Assembly (NCBI GenBank): GCA_965262725.1 | Contig: OZ253555.1 | Location: 2,880,001-2,944,000, forward strand | DNA from: Dehalococcoidia bacterium | GTDB lineage: Bacteria > Chloroflexota > Dehalococcoidia > UBA2979 | Direction of reading: 5' to 3' | DNA length: 64,000 nt | In this document: piece after piece, positions 1-10,538 of the stretch | Position numbering within the stretch: the first letter of the stretch is position 1 | Layout: each line of letters starts with the position of its first letter | Position numbers and translations under genes: made by a program | Notes under the pieces: model-generated | The model's database searches: none | What the model was told of the DNA's origin: nothing | Seen by the model: the letters and a program-made list of their open reading frames with translations, nothing else

Positions 1-563
1 ACCACTACACGCCCTTCCCCGCCGCGGAGCGGAGGGCGACGCCGGTCGATCCCGTCGCGACGCCGGCGGACGCGGAGGGGATCTTCCCCGAGACGCCTGC
101 GTGGGCTCAGACCCCGTCCGTCGACTGGTCCGAGCAGCGCTACTTCGAGGACGTGGCCGAGGGCGACCCGGTGCCCGCGGTGGGATTCCCGCTCACGATC
201 GCGCGACTCGTGATGGAGGCCGCCGCCAACCTCGACTTCAGCCGCGTGCACCACAACGCGGCCGCCGCGCGCCGCACGGGCGCCCCCGACATGTACGCGA
301 ACAACGTCTTCGTGCAGGGCTGGTGGGAGCGCACCGCGCGCGAGTTCATCGGCCTGCGCGGGGTGATCAAGCGGGTCGGGCCGTTCCGCATGCGCATCTT
401 CAACACCGTCGGCGAGACGGTCACGACGAGCGGCGTCGTGCGACGATGCTGGCGTGAGGGCGGCGAGGGGCTGGTCCAGCTCGAGCTGCAGAGCGAGATC
501 TCCCGCGGCGTCTCGGTCGGCCCGGGGCCCGTCGTCGTCTCGCTCCCGACGCGCGGAGCCTAG
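1..563 (+). CDS. MaoC/hotdog-fold acyl dehydratase-like protein, 5'-partial
   Basis: Frame of ORF 153..563 stays open to the window start (HYTPFP...QRYFEDVAEGDP); MaoC-like motifs 'YFEDVAEGD' and 'NLDFSRVHHN..AARRTGAPDMYAN'. Confidence 0.7.
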   Translation, partial: HYTPFPAAERRATPVDPVATPADAEGIFPETPAWAQTPSVDWSEQRYFEDVAEGDPVPAVGFPLTIARLVMEAAANLDFSRVHHNAAAARRTGAPDMYANNVFVQGWWERTAREFIGLRGVIKRVGPFRMRIFNTVGETVTTSGVVRRCWREGGEGLVQLELQSEISRGVSVGPGPVVVSLPTRGA

Positions 564-615
564 TCCGGGCGTCGGCCCCGCCCGCGGACTCTCCGCGGAG
601 CCGCGCCCGCAGTTG

Positions 616-1128
616 CTAGTCGAAGTCGCGGAGGACGATCGCGTTTGATCCGTGCCAGCCCTCGGCGCGGACGTACTCGGGCGTGACGCTGATGACGTAG
701 AGCGTCTCCTCGGGCGGATGGCCCCGCGGGTTGCCGCCGGCGGCGGCGCGGCGCGCGTAGAAGGCGGCGACCTCGTCCTGATCCTCGATCAGCTCGGCGC
801 GGCCCTGCATCCAGACCACGCGCGGGTTCCAGCCCAAGCCCCAGTCGGAGCGGCCCTCGCGGCCGACCCAGAGATAGCCGACCACCGGGTCGCGGCGGAC
901 GTGCTGGGTCTTCGGCTGGACGTCCTGCGTCATCGTCCCGACACGCCACCCGTCGACGAACGTCCCGACTGGCCGCATGATCGGCCGCCCGTCGCGCCGG
1001 CGCGTCATCAGGTACGCCATGTGCTGGCTTCGGTCGGAGATGAAGGAATGCACCGCCTCGCGGTAGCTCTCCGCCTCCTCTGCGCCCAGCCCGCGCTCTC
1101 GATCCCAGACTCGTCCCTCGCTGGTCAC
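616..1128 (-). CDS. Pyridoxamine 5'-phosphate oxidase-like (split beta-barrel, possibly F420-binding) protein
   Basis: 'AYLMTRRRDGRPIMRPV', 'PKTQHVRRDPVV', 'VWMQGRAELIED' are typical PNPOx-like motifs. Confidence 0.75.
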   Translation of the reverse strand: MTSEGRVWDRERGLGAEEAESYREAVHSFISDRSQHMAYLMTRRRDGRPIMRPVGTFVDGWRVGTMTQDVQPKTQHVRRDPVVGYLWVGREGRSDWGLGWNPRVVWMQGRAELIEDQDEVAAFYARRAAAGGNPRGHPPEETLYVISVTPEYVRAEGWHGSNAIVLRDFD

Positions 1129-1236
1129 GAGCCCCTCCCTTCCGGCGGGGGCATCCTAGCAGCCGGAGCCCCGGCGAACGGTCGCGTACGAGCGTCTAGA
1201 CTGCGCCAACGCGAGTCCCGGGGGAGGTGTAGCACG

Positions 1237-2754
1237 GTGGGCAAGCACGCGGCGTACGATCTGGCGGTCGTCGGAGGCGACGTGGTCTTCCCCGGCCGCG
1301 GGGTCCGGCGCGTGGAGATCGGCATCACCGGCGAGCGCATCGCCGCGATCGCGGAGCGGCTCGCCGGCCCGGCCGCGCGCACGATCGACGCGAGCGGCAA
1401 GCTCGTCTTTCCCGGCCTCGTCGACTCGCACGTCCACCTGGGAATCTTCCGGCCGCTGGCCGACGATGCGCCCGCAGAGACGGAGAGCGCCGTCGCGGGC
1501 GGTGTGACCACCTCGCTCGTCTACTACCGCGCCGGCCGCAACAACCTCGTCTCCGACGAGACGCCGGAGCTGCCCGCGGGGTACCTGGCGCTGCTGCCCG
1601 GGCTGCTGGCCGAGTCGGACGGAGCGTTCCGCTGCGATTACGGCTACCACATCGCGCCGGTCACGCGGGACCACGCGGAGGAAGTGCCGGCGCTCGCCCG
1701 TCGCCACGGCATCACCGGCTTCAAGTACTACATGCACTACACGGGCGTGACCCCCGCGCAGTACGAGAGCGGCCTTCATCCTGAGAAGGAATTCCTCTTC
1801 TCCGACGTGCCCTACGACCTGGGTTACCTGCGCCGCGTGATGGAGCGCGTCGCCGAGGCGAACCGGACGGCGCCGGCGGGTGCCCCGCCGGCGCGCGTCT
1901 GCGTGCACGCGGAGAGCCCCGCCCTCATCCGCGAGGGCACGGAAACGGTACTCGCGGCCCTGGCCGCCGGCGCGGACGAGGCGCCAAGCCCGCTCGAGGC
2001 GTACTCCCAGAGCCGGCCGACCGGCGGCGAGCGACTCGGGATTCTCGATGCCGCGGAGCTCGCGGCGCAGGCCGGCGCGCCGCTCACCGTGCTGCACGCG
2101 TCGAGCGCAGACGCCCTCAACGCCGTGCGGGAGGCACGGGCCCGCTACCCCAACGTCGACATCGCCTGCGAGGCGACGGTTCACCATCTCTCGCTCGCCG
2201 CCGCCGAGCTCACGGGCTGGGAGGCGAAGGTGAATCCCCCTCTCCGCGCGGCCGCCGACCGGGATGCGCTCTGGGAGGGGATCGCCGACGGCTCGGTGCA
2301 GACCATCGCCTCCGACCACGCGGCGATCGCGAGCTCGCTCAAGGCGGGGGACGTGTGGGCGGCCTGGTACGGCTTCGGCGGGAACGAGCTGCTGCTTCCC
2401 GCGGCGATCACGGAGGGACACCTGCGGCGGGGCGTGCCGCTCGAGCGGATCGCAGAGACCCTCACGCTCGCGCCGGCGCGCTTGCACGGCCTCGCCGGCC
2501 GCAAAGGAGACATCGCGGTCGGACTCGATGCCGATCTCGCCATCTGCGACCCGGAGGCGGAGCACGCGGTCGACCCGGCCTCGCTCCACTCGGCACAGGA
2601 CTTCTCACCCTTCGAGGGGAGGGTCCTGCGCGGCTGGGTGGGCACGACGATCCTCCGGGGCGAGGTCTGCTACGAACGGGGGCGCGTCGTGGGACCGCCG
2701 CGCGGGCGCCACCTGCGTCCGGAGGCGATCCGCCCGACGGTGCCGCAACAGTAG
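1237..2754 (+). CDS. Cyclic amidohydrolase (dihydropyrimidinase/allantoinase/dihydroorotase family)
   Basis: Metal ligands 'PGLVDSHVH', 'GFKYYM', 'VHAE', 'LHAS', 'KVNPPLR', 'ASDHA'; start placed at GTG 1237 within ORF 652..2754. Confidence 0.85.
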   Translation: MGKHAAYDLAVVGGDVVFPGRGVRRVEIGITGERIAAIAERLAGPAARTIDASGKLVFPGLVDSHVHLGIFRPLADDAPAETESAVAGGVTTSLVYYRAGRNNLVSDETPELPAGYLALLPGLLAESDGAFRCDYGYHIAPVTRDHAEEVPALARRHGITGFKYYMHYTGVTPAQYESGLHPEKEFLFSDVPYDLGYLRRVMERVAEANRTAPAGAPPARVCVHAESPALIREGTETVLAALAAGADEAPSPLEAYSQSRPTGGERLGILDAAELAAQAGAPLTVLHASSADALNAVREARARYPNVDIACEATVHHLSLAAAELTGWEAKVNPPLRAAADRDALWEGIADGSVQTIASDHAAIASSLKAGDVWAAWYGFGGNELLLPAAITEGHLRRGVPLERIAETLTLAPARLHGLAGRKGDIAVGLDADLAICDPEAEHAVDPASLHSAQDFSPFEGRVLRGWVGTTILRGEVCYERGRVVGPPRGRHLRPEAIRPTVPQQ

Positions 2755-2790
2755 TCCACCGTGCGGACGTCGCGCGCCCGCGGCGGCTCG

Positions 2791-3585
2791 CTACGCCCGC
2801 TCGAAGATGAGCTGGAACTCCAGCACGCCTCGGTCCTCGATGGAGAGCACGATCGGGGCGGACGGCGCCACGATGTCGTAATCCGAGAACTCGATCTCCG
2901 TCGAGCCGACGACGACGACGAGCCCATCCGAGAGCTGCCCCTCGAGGGCGATCTCGACGGCGCGCGTGACGCCGTGCAGCGTCAGCTCACCGGCGGCCGC
3001 CGCGGCGATGGGGACGCCCTCCTGAGGCGGCCCGTCGATCGTGATCGGCCCGGTCAGCTCGAAGGTCGCCGTCGGGAAGCGAGAGGTCTCGATCCCGCGA
3101 CCACGCAGCGTGCGATCCCGCCGCGAATCGTCACTCACGAGCTGCGTGAGATCTGCCTCGATGCTGACCACCGTGATCGCGGAGCCGTCGAACTCGAGCG
3201 TGCCGGTCACGGCGCCGCTGCGGCCGACCGCCGCCTTGGCGCCAATGCCGACGAGTTCCTCCCTGACCCGGTAGCCGACAAAGGAGTCACCGCCCGCGAC
3301 GAGCCGCCAGATGCCCTCGAGTCCCTCCTCCACGCTCCCGCTCGAGCCGCCGCCCGAGGCCGTCGTCGGCGCGGGCACCGCGACGGCGGCCGTCGGCGCG
3401 ACGGTCGCGGCGGCGGCCGGCGTCGCAGCCGTCGATGAGACGGCATCGGCGAGGCTCACCGGCGGCGGGGCCTCCTCGCGGAGGACGAAATACCAGAGCG
3501 CGAAGGCAACGGAGGCGACCACGACGAGCGCCCCGGCCCCGCCCATCCAGAACCTGCGTGTCGTCACGTCCAGCCCGAACCTCAC
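2791..3585 (-). CDS. YceI family lipid/polyisoprenoid-binding protein with N-terminal membrane anchor
   Basis: 'SFVGYRVREEL', 'LVSDDSRRD', 'FPTATF', 'GELTLHGVTR'; hydrophobic N-terminus and Ala/Thr/Pro linker; GGAAAGGGAG upstream of GTG. Confidence 0.85.
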   Translation of the reverse strand: MRFGLDVTTRRFWMGGAGALVVVASVAFALWYFVLREEAPPPVSLADAVSSTAATPAAAATVAPTAAVAVPAPTTASGGGSSGSVEEGLEGIWRLVAGGDSFVGYRVREELVGIGAKAAVGRSGAVTGTLEFDGSAITVVSIEADLTQLVSDDSRRDRTLRGRGIETSRFPTATFELTGPITIDGPPQEGVPIAAAAAGELTLHGVTRAVEIALEGQLSDGLVVVVGSTEIEFSDYDIVAPSAPIVLSIEDRGVLEFQLIFERA

Positions 3586-3669
3586 GCGCACTCCCTTTCC
3601 GGCCGCCGGCGCCCGCACGCGGCGTCGCAGCCGTCGGGGATGCTCCGGCACTGTGGGATCGGCGCGGCC

Positions 3670-4896
3670 CTAGCCGCGGGGCAATCCGAGACCGCGCGTC
3701 GCGATCACGTTGCGCTGCACCTCGGAGCTGCCGCCTGCGATCGTGCCGGGGACGCCGCGCACCCAGCCGCGCGTGAACCGCGCCTCGTAAGGCGTGTACG
3801 GATCCTCCGGGTCCCAGAGATTGCCGTAGAGACCGAAGACCTTCACCCCGTCGTTATCGAGCTCGCGCGAGACCTCCGAGCCGAAGAGCTTCGAGACCGA
3901 GGCCTCGTAGTTCGGAACCTGTCCCTGCGCCTGGATGGTGATGATCCGCAGGGAGAAGTTCAACATCACCCCGGCCTCGACGAAGTGGTGCGCGATCCGC
4001 TGTCGCACGGAGTCGAGATCGCCGATCCGGGACTTCGTCCCTCCCTCGTCGCTCCCGACGTACCCGAGCAGCTGACGGATGGTGCGCTCCATGCGCACGG
4101 CGCCGGCGATGTTCGAGCGCTCGTTGTCGAGCAGCGTCATCGCGACGTACCAGCCGCGGTTCTCCTCGCCGACGATGTGATCGGCCGGGATCCGCACGTC
4201 CTCGAAGAAGGTCTCGTTGACCTCGTGCCCCCAGCCCATGTCGATGATGGGGCGGACGGTGACGCCCGGCGAGTACTTGTCGACGAGCAGGAACGAGATC
4301 CCCCGGTGCTTCGGGGCGTCGGGATCGGTGCGGGTGAGCAGGAGCACCCAGTCCGCGTAGTGACCGTGGGTGGTCCAAATCTTCTGGCCGTTGATCACAT
4401 ACTCGTCGCCGTCGCGGACGGCGCGCGTCTGCAGGGAGGCGAGATCGGAGCCGGCGCCCGGCTCCGAGAATCCCTGCGCCCACACGACCTCGCCCTTGAG
4501 GATCGGGGGCAGGAAGCGCCTCTTCTGCTCCTCGGTCCCGTGCACGATGAGCGCCGGGCCGAGCATCCCGATGCCGACGTTGGAGCCGGCGCCCGGCGCG
4601 TTGGAGTCGGCGATCACCTGGTTGAGAATGAACTGCTCCATCGGCGAGAGGCCGCCCCCGCCGTACTCCCGCGGCCAGTGCGGGGCGACCCAGCCCCGCT
4701 CGGCGAACGCAGCGAGCCAGTTCGCCGCGTCCTCCTTCGCCGCCGGATCATCGGAGATGCGGTCGCGCGCCCACTGCGTATAAGAGCCCGGCCAGTCGTG
4801 CTTTGCCATCTCCCGATAGCGCTCCGGCATGTGCCCGATGAGGTCGCGCACGTCGCCGCGGAAAGCCGCCTGCTCGGTTGTGTCGGTCCAGTCCAT
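3670..4896 (-). CDS. Acyl-CoA dehydrogenase (FadE-like)
   Basis: 'WAQGFSEPGAGSDLASL', 'NGQKIWT', 'TIAGGSSEVQRNVIA'; start MDWTD. Confidence 0.92.
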   Translation of the reverse strand: MDWTDTTEQAAFRGDVRDLIGHMPERYREMAKHDWPGSYTQWARDRISDDPAAKEDAANWLAAFAERGWVAPHWPREYGGGGLSPMEQFILNQVIADSNAPGAGSNVGIGMLGPALIVHGTEEQKRRFLPPILKGEVVWAQGFSEPGAGSDLASLQTRAVRDGDEYVINGQKIWTTHGHYADWVLLLTRTDPDAPKHRGISFLLVDKYSPGVTVRPIIDMGWGHEVNETFFEDVRIPADHIVGEENRGWYVAMTLLDNERSNIAGAVRMERTIRQLLGYVGSDEGGTKSRIGDLDSVRQRIAHHFVEAGVMLNFSLRIITIQAQGQVPNYEASVSKLFGSEVSRELDNDGVKVFGLYGNLWDPEDPYTPYEARFTRGWVRGVPGTIAGGSSEVQRNVIATRGLGLPRG

Positions 4897-5011
4897 CTCG
4901 TGCCTCCCGGGCCCGGCGGCGCGATCGCCGAGGGTTTCGCGGCGCCGCACGCCGCGTCGAGCATTCTGGCAGCTTTGGGCCCGCGCCGCGACCGGGCGGG
5001 GAGGGAGTGCT

Positions 5012-6676
5012 CTAGCCGGCCCCGTACTGCGTCCGCCCCTCGCGGCCGAGCCAGCCGAAGGCCTGCTGCTTGCGACGGGCCTGCGGATCGATCAGGACGT
5101 GCACCAGAGCTGGGCCGCGAGCGGCAAGCGCGCGCTCGAGGGCGGGGTGCAGCTCCGAGGCGCTCTCGACGTGCTCGGCGTGGCCGCCGAAGGCGGCCAT
5201 CACGCGGTCGTAGCGCACCGCGTCGTCGGGCCCGAAGTCCTCAGCGCTGAGTGCGCGCCCCGGGCGGCGGCGCACGCTCCCGTTGTTCGCCACGATGAAG
5301 AGGATCGGCAGCTCGTAGCGGACCGCGGTCTCCAGATCCATGCCGTTCCAGCCGGCTGCGAAGTCGCCCATGGCGCAGACCACCCGCGCGTCGGGCCGCG
5401 CGATCTGGGCGCCGATCGCATAGGGGATGCCTACCCCCATGCACCCGGTGGTGCCGGCGTCCAGCCTTTCCCTCGGCCGTACGTTGGGCTGCATCACGCG
5501 CGAGATCGCCATCGTCGCCTCGCCGTCGGCCACCACGACAGCATCGGGTCCCGCGACCTCGTTGATCTCGCGGTACATGCGGTAGAGGTTGAGGCGCGGC
5601 CCGGAGGCCTCCGCCAGCTGCGCGATCTGCGCGGCGTTGCGCGCCCGCTCGCGATCGAGATCGGCGATCCACGGCTCGCGGCGCTCGACGCGACCAGCAG
5701 CCGCCTCGCGCAGCTGCGCGAGCACCGCGCGGACGTCGCCGACGAGCCCCGCCTCGACGGGGCGAGCGAGCCCGATCTCAGAAGGCTCGATGTCGATCTG
5801 CACGACCCGCACGTCCTCGGCGAAGCGCGGGGGCCGGCCGAAGTGGAACGTCCAGTTGAAGCGCGCGCCCGCCAGGATCACCAGGTCGGCGTTCCTCAGG
5901 GCGAAGGAGCGCGCCCCCGCCGCGCAGAGCGGGTGGTCGTCCGGCACCACGCCCTTCCCCATCGGCGAGGGGACGAACGGTATCCCGCACTCCTCGACGA
6001 GCGCGCGCGCCTCGGGCGCGGCGTCAGCCCACGCCGCCCCCTTCCCGATGAGCAGAAGCGGCCGCTGCGCCTGAGCGAGGGCACGTGCGGCCCGCTCGAC
6101 GAGGGCGGGGTCGGCGGCCGGGCGGGGCGCCGGGGGGGCCACGGGGTGCTCCTCCACCTCCGACTCCGGGACGCTCGCGGTCAGGACGTCGGCCGGGAGG
6201 TCGAGGTAGACGGGACCGGGGCGGCCGTGGGTGGCACGCTTCACGGCCTCCGAGACGAACCAGGGAATGCGGCGGGGATTGTCGACGGCAACGGACCACC
6301 GTGCGTAGGGGGCGGCCGACTCGACCTGGGGCAGCTCCTGGAAGTCGCCGAGGCCACGCTTGCCGAGCTCGGAGGAGCCTCCGAGCAGGAGCATCGGCCA
6401 GCAGTTCGCCCACGCGGTGGCGAGGCCGGTGATCGCGTTCGTCATCGCTGGCCCCGACGTGACCGCGCCGACGCCGACATCGCGGCTCACGTACGAGTAG
6501 GCTTGGGCCGCCATCGCGATCGCCTGCTCGTGGCGGATCGTGTAGTCGTCGATCCCCGCCCGGGCGGCGTGCTCGAGGAAGGGGCCCATCGGATCCCCGG
6601 GGACGGAGAAGAGCGTCCGGACGCCGTGCGCCCGCAGCGAACGCACCAGGAGCCGGGCGCCGTCGATGCTCTCCAC
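5012..6676 (-). CDS. Thiamine pyrophosphate enzyme, oxalyl-CoA decarboxylase / 2-hydroxyacyl-CoA lyase-like
   Basis: 'IRHEQAIAMAAQAY', 'GDFQELPQ', 'GRPGPVYLDLP', 'RLDAGTTGCMGVG', GD...NN TPP motif; GGAGG upstream of GTG 6676. Confidence 0.85.
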   Translation of the reverse strand: MESIDGARLLVRSLRAHGVRTLFSVPGDPMGPFLEHAARAGIDDYTIRHEQAIAMAAQAYSYVSRDVGVGAVTSGPAMTNAITGLATAWANCWPMLLLGGSSELGKRGLGDFQELPQVESAAPYARWSVAVDNPRRIPWFVSEAVKRATHGRPGPVYLDLPADVLTASVPESEVEEHPVAPPAPRPAADPALVERAARALAQAQRPLLLIGKGAAWADAAPEARALVEECGIPFVPSPMGKGVVPDDHPLCAAGARSFALRNADLVILAGARFNWTFHFGRPPRFAEDVRVVQIDIEPSEIGLARPVEAGLVGDVRAVLAQLREAAAGRVERREPWIADLDRERARNAAQIAQLAEASGPRLNLYRMYREINEVAGPDAVVVADGEATMAISRVMQPNVRPRERLDAGTTGCMGVGIPYAIGAQIARPDARVVCAMGDFAAGWNGMDLETAVRYELPILFIVANNGSVRRRPGRALSAEDFGPDDAVRYDRVMAAFGGHAEHVESASELHPALERALAARGPALVHVLIDPQARRKQQAFGWLGREGRTQYGAG

Positions 6677-6831
6677 CGACCACCTCCGTCCTCGCTCCCG
6701 GGCCGCGTAGGAACCCTCGCCCCGGAGCCCTCGCCGCGTCAAGCACGCCGGGGCGCCGGGAGATCGCGAGCACTGCCTATACTCCGTGCGCCCCGCGGGA
6801 GCGCGGCGGCGGACAGGGGTGGAGGCCCGAG

Positions 6832-7755
6832 GTGCGCATTTCCCTCTTCGCCGGCCCGTTCCCGGAGCCCCGATCGAGCGTCGAGGGGCGGGTCGCGGCG
6901 ATCGTTTCGGCCGAGCGCGCCGGCTTCCCCGGCTACTGGCTCGCTGGCGCCGGCCTCGACCCGCTCGTCGTCTTCGCGCTCGCCGGCCGCGAGACCGGGC
7001 GCATCGAACTGGGTACGGCCGTGCTGCAGGCCTTCACGCGGCACCCCGTCGCGCTCGCCCAGCAGGCGCTGACGGTGCAGCTCGCGACCTCGGGTCGCCT
7101 CGCGCTCGGCGTCGGGCCCTCGCACGCTGTCGGGATGGAGCGGCTCGGCATCTCGTACGCTCGCCCGGCGGCGCGCATGGCCGAGTACCTGCTGATACTC
7201 AGAGGCCTGCTCGACGGGCAGACGGTCGACGTAGACGGAGAGCATTTCGCCGTGCACGCCTCCGCTGGCGTGCACGGCGCGGGGCGCGTGCCGCTCCTCA
7301 TCTCCGCGCTCGCGCCGCGCATGCTCTCCCTCGCCGGCGAGCTGACCGACGGCACCGCGACCTGGCTCGCCGGCCCCCGCACGCTCGCCGAGCAGATCGT
7401 GCCGGGAATCACGACGGCGGCGAGCAACGCCGGCCGGCCGCCCCCGCGCATCCTCGCCGGGGTCGGCGTCGCGGTGGCGGACGGAGGGGGCGGCGCGGCC
7501 GCCCGCGACGCGGCCACCAACCACTTCACGAGGTACGCCTCACTCCCTGCGTACGCGCGCGTGATCGACTCGGAGCGGCTCGGGAACCCGGGCGAGCTCG
7601 CTGTGATCGGAACGGAGGCGGAGGTGCGGGCGGGGCTCGGGCGCCTGCTCGACGCCGGAGCGACCGAGATCCTCGCGGCGGTGATCCCCTACGGGGACGA
7701 CCCCGACGCCTCGCGGCACCGCACCGAACAGGCGCTCGCCGGCATGCTCGACTAG
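6832..7755 (+). CDS. LLM-class (probably F420-dependent) oxidoreductase
   Basis: 'IELGTAV', 'HPVALAQQALT', 'LALGVGPSH', 'SALAPRMLSLAGELTDG'. Confidence 0.85.
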   Translation: MRISLFAGPFPEPRSSVEGRVAAIVSAERAGFPGYWLAGAGLDPLVVFALAGRETGRIELGTAVLQAFTRHPVALAQQALTVQLATSGRLALGVGPSHAVGMERLGISYARPAARMAEYLLILRGLLDGQTVDVDGEHFAVHASAGVHGAGRVPLLISALAPRMLSLAGELTDGTATWLAGPRTLAEQIVPGITTAASNAGRPPPRILAGVGVAVADGGGGAAARDAATNHFTRYASLPAYARVIDSERLGNPGELAVIGTEAEVRAGLGRLLDAGATEILAAVIPYGDDPDASRHRTEQALAGMLD

Positions 7756-7779
7756 CAACCCTCAGGAAGGAGGGCCCTG

Positions 7780-8568
7780 ATGCAGCAACTCGACGGCCGC
7801 GTCGCCGTGGTGACCGGCGCCGCGCGCGGCATGGGCCGCGCCATGGCCGAGCGCTTCGCGCTCGAGGGAATGCGCGTCATCCTCGCCGATATCGATCTCG
7901 ATCGCCTCGCCGAGACCGAGTCCGCGATCCGGGGGGCGGGAGGCGAGGTCCTTGTCGTCCCGACCGACATGACCGACGCCACGCAGGTGCGGGCGCTCGC
8001 CCAGCGCACGCTGGACGAGTGGGGCGGCGTGCACGTGCTCTGCAACAACGCAGGCGGGGGCGCCACGCGCGGCACGATCTGGGAGATCCCGCTCGAGCGC
8101 TGGAGCTGGGTGATGGACCTCAACTTCTGGAGCGTGCTCCACGGCGTGCACACGTTCGTCCCGCCGATGATCGAGCGCGGCGAGGAGGGGCACATCGTCA
8201 ACACCGCCTCGGGCGTCGTGCTCGGCACGAAGCCGTGGCAGAGCCCGTACAACGCCTCGAAGCACGCGGTGGCCGGGCTGACGGAGACGCTCCACCACGA
8301 GCTCCGCAGGGTCGGAGCGCCCATCGGCGTCTCGCTGCTCTGCCCCGGATTCGTCCGCACCCGGGAGCCCGCCGGCGAGGCCGAGGCGGAGCAGATGCGG
8401 GGGGCGATGCTCCCCGAGGAGGTGGCGGAGCAGGTGGTGGAGGCGATCCGCGGCGGGGAGTTCTACGTGCTCACCCACCCCGAGGCGCTGCGCGAGCGCG
8501 CCCGCATCCGCGCCGAGGACATCGCCGGGGGGCGCGACCCGACACGCTCGCCGGGCGTGCTCAGCTGA
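7780..8568 (+). CDS. Short-chain dehydrogenase/reductase (SDR)
   Basis: 'VTGAARGMG', 'CNNAG', 'YNASKH' catalytic motif; strong SD AGGAGG. Confidence 0.92.
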   Translation: MQQLDGRVAVVTGAARGMGRAMAERFALEGMRVILADIDLDRLAETESAIRGAGGEVLVVPTDMTDATQVRALAQRTLDEWGGVHVLCNNAGGGATRGTIWEIPLERWSWVMDLNFWSVLHGVHTFVPPMIERGEEGHIVNTASGVVLGTKPWQSPYNASKHAVAGLTETLHHELRRVGAPIGVSLLCPGFVRTREPAGEAEAEQMRGAMLPEEVAEQVVEAIRGGEFYVLTHPEALRERARIRAEDIAGGRDPTRSPGVLS

Positions 8569-8617
8569 GCCGGCACCGTCCCGGGGGCACGCGCGGGGGC
8601 TGCTAGACTCGGCCGCT

Positions 8618-9979
8618 ATGTCGAGCGGAGCGACGCCGAGCGGGGAGCGCCCGCCCACCGAGGCGGACGGCATCGCGTCGCTCCGACTGGTCCTTGCGAA
8701 CCCCGGCTTCCGCGGCGTCTGGCTCGCCGGCGCGCTCGCCTCGGCGATGCGCTGGCTAGATTTCCTCGTGCTCGGCGTCTTCGTCTACGACCTCACGGGC
8801 TCCGCGTTCCGGGTCGGGCTGCTCTTCTTCTTTCGCATGGCGCCGCGCCTCCTGCTCGCGCTGCCGCTCGGCATGCTCTCCGATCGCGTGTCGCGGCAGC
8901 GCATGCTCGTCGTGACCTTCGCGGCGCTCGCGGTGATATCGGTGGCGCTGGCGGCGCTCGTCATCTCGGGGCGGGTCGAGTACTGGCACCTCGTGGTCGG
9001 CACCTTCCTCACCGGCATATTCTGGACCACGGAGTTCCCGGTGCGGCGCGCAATGATCGGGGACGTCGTCCCGCGCGAGCTCGTGGGGCGCGCCTTCGCC
9101 ATCGACATCGGCACGAGCGCGGTCGCCCGCATGCTCGGGCCGCTCACCGGCGGAGCGCTGCTGCAGGTGGTCGGCGCCGGCGCGGCCTTCCTCACGCAGG
9201 CGGTGGTGCTGCTGTTCGCGATGGTGGTGATCGCCTCCCTGAGGTACGTCCCGCCGACTCGGCTCGAGGCGCCGGCCTCGGCGATGGCGGACATGTTCGC
9301 CGGACTGCGCTACGTCCGCGTCCGGCCGCTCCTCGTCGGTGCGATACTCGTCTCCCTCGCGATGAACCTCTTCGGCTTCCCCTACACCAGCATGGTGCCC
9401 GTGATCGGCAAGGAGACGCTGGGCGCAGAGCCCCTCGGCGTCGGCTTGCTGCAGTCCTCGGAGGGTGTCGGCGCGCTCTTCGGCGCCACGCTCATCGCGA
9501 CGCTGGCGCCGACGCGCATCTACGCGCGCATGTACCTGCTCGGCACGGGCTTCTTCCTCGCCATGGTGCTCGCCTTCTCGAGCTCGACGAGCTACCCGCT
9601 CTCCGTGGCATTCCTCTTCGTCGCCGGGTTCGGGATGGCGGCCTACACGGCGATGCAGGTCACGCTGATCGTGGCGGGCTCGGCGCCGCAGATGCGGGGA
9701 CGGGTGATGGGGGCCGTCTCGCTCTCGCTCGGCGGCAACCCGATAGGCGCGCTCAACGTCGGCATCGTCGCGGGCGCCTTCGGCGCCCCCGTCGCCACGG
9801 CGATCATGGCCGTCGAGGGACTCGTCTCCCTCGCGCTGATCGCGCTGCTCTTCCCGGCCCTGCGCCGGCCGTTCGCCCTGGGCGCCGAGCAGGTGGACTC
9901 ATCGCCAAGACCGGCGAGCCGCATGCGAGCCCCGCCTGCGTCGGCGCAGCGGGACGCGGGGCCGGCGGGAAGCTCCTGA
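8618..9979 (+). CDS. MFS transporter
   Basis: About 12 hydrophobic segments; 'GMLSDRVSRQR' motif A. Confidence 0.88.
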   Translation: MSSGATPSGERPPTEADGIASLRLVLANPGFRGVWLAGALASAMRWLDFLVLGVFVYDLTGSAFRVGLLFFFRMAPRLLLALPLGMLSDRVSRQRMLVVTFAALAVISVALAALVISGRVEYWHLVVGTFLTGIFWTTEFPVRRAMIGDVVPRELVGRAFAIDIGTSAVARMLGPLTGGALLQVVGAGAAFLTQAVVLLFAMVVIASLRYVPPTRLEAPASAMADMFAGLRYVRVRPLLVGAILVSLAMNLFGFPYTSMVPVIGKETLGAEPLGVGLLQSSEGVGALFGATLIATLAPTRIYARMYLLGTGFFLAMVLAFSSSTSYPLSVAFLFVAGFGMAAYTAMQVTLIVAGSAPQMRGRVMGAVSLSLGGNPIGALNVGIVAGAFGAPVATAIMAVEGLVSLALIALLFPALRRPFALGAEQVDSSPRPASRMRAPPASAQRDAGPAGSS

Positions 9980-10007
9980 CCGGGACCGGTCAGGCCCGGC
10001 CCCGCCT

Positions 10008-10421
10008 TCACGGCGGTCGCGTGTCCGGGGGATCCAGCGCATCGATCCTGCGTAGCAGGGCGCCCGCCCCGATCACGGAGGCGCCGAGCGCGCGCACGCG
10101 CCCCGCGAGGACGCGATCGGAGGTGACGACGCAGAGGCTCGACGGCTCCGCGTCCCCGGCGACGATCTCGGCGATGCGGTCGTCCGCCGCATTCCGGCCG
10201 CGCCGAGGCGCGTAGATCAGGCGCAGGGCCCCGCGCCGGCCCTCGGGCAGGCCCTCGACGGGGCGCCCGTCGACGACGACCGTGATCTCCGAAGGCTCGA
10301 CGGCCACGGCGAGCGCCTCCACGCGGGCGACGAAGCGGCGCGTCGCGCCGGCCCGATCGCGCCACCACCCCGTCGGGCGGCTCCCGATCACGTTCATCGC
10401 GTCGACGATGATCCGCTCCAC
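10008..10421 (-). CDS. NYN/YacP-like PIN-domain ribonuclease
   Basis: 'IIVDAMNVIG', 'VVVDG', 'AADDRI', 'VVTSDRVL'; GGAGGT upstream of GTG 10421. Confidence 0.8.
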   Translation of the reverse strand: MERIIVDAMNVIGSRPTGWWRDRAGATRRFVARVEALAVAVEPSEITVVVDGRPVEGLPEGRRGALRLIYAPRRGRNAADDRIAEIVAGDAEPSSLCVVTSDRVLAGRVRALGASVIGAGALLRRIDALDPPDTRPP

Positions 10422-10538
10422 CGGCGACCTCCCGCGTCCTGCCGCCCGCGGTTCCCCCGGCGGCGCGCGCCCCCTGCCCGCTATCATGCCCCCACGCGAC
10501 CGGCCGCACGAGGGCGGTCCGCGGAGTCAGGAGGGGCC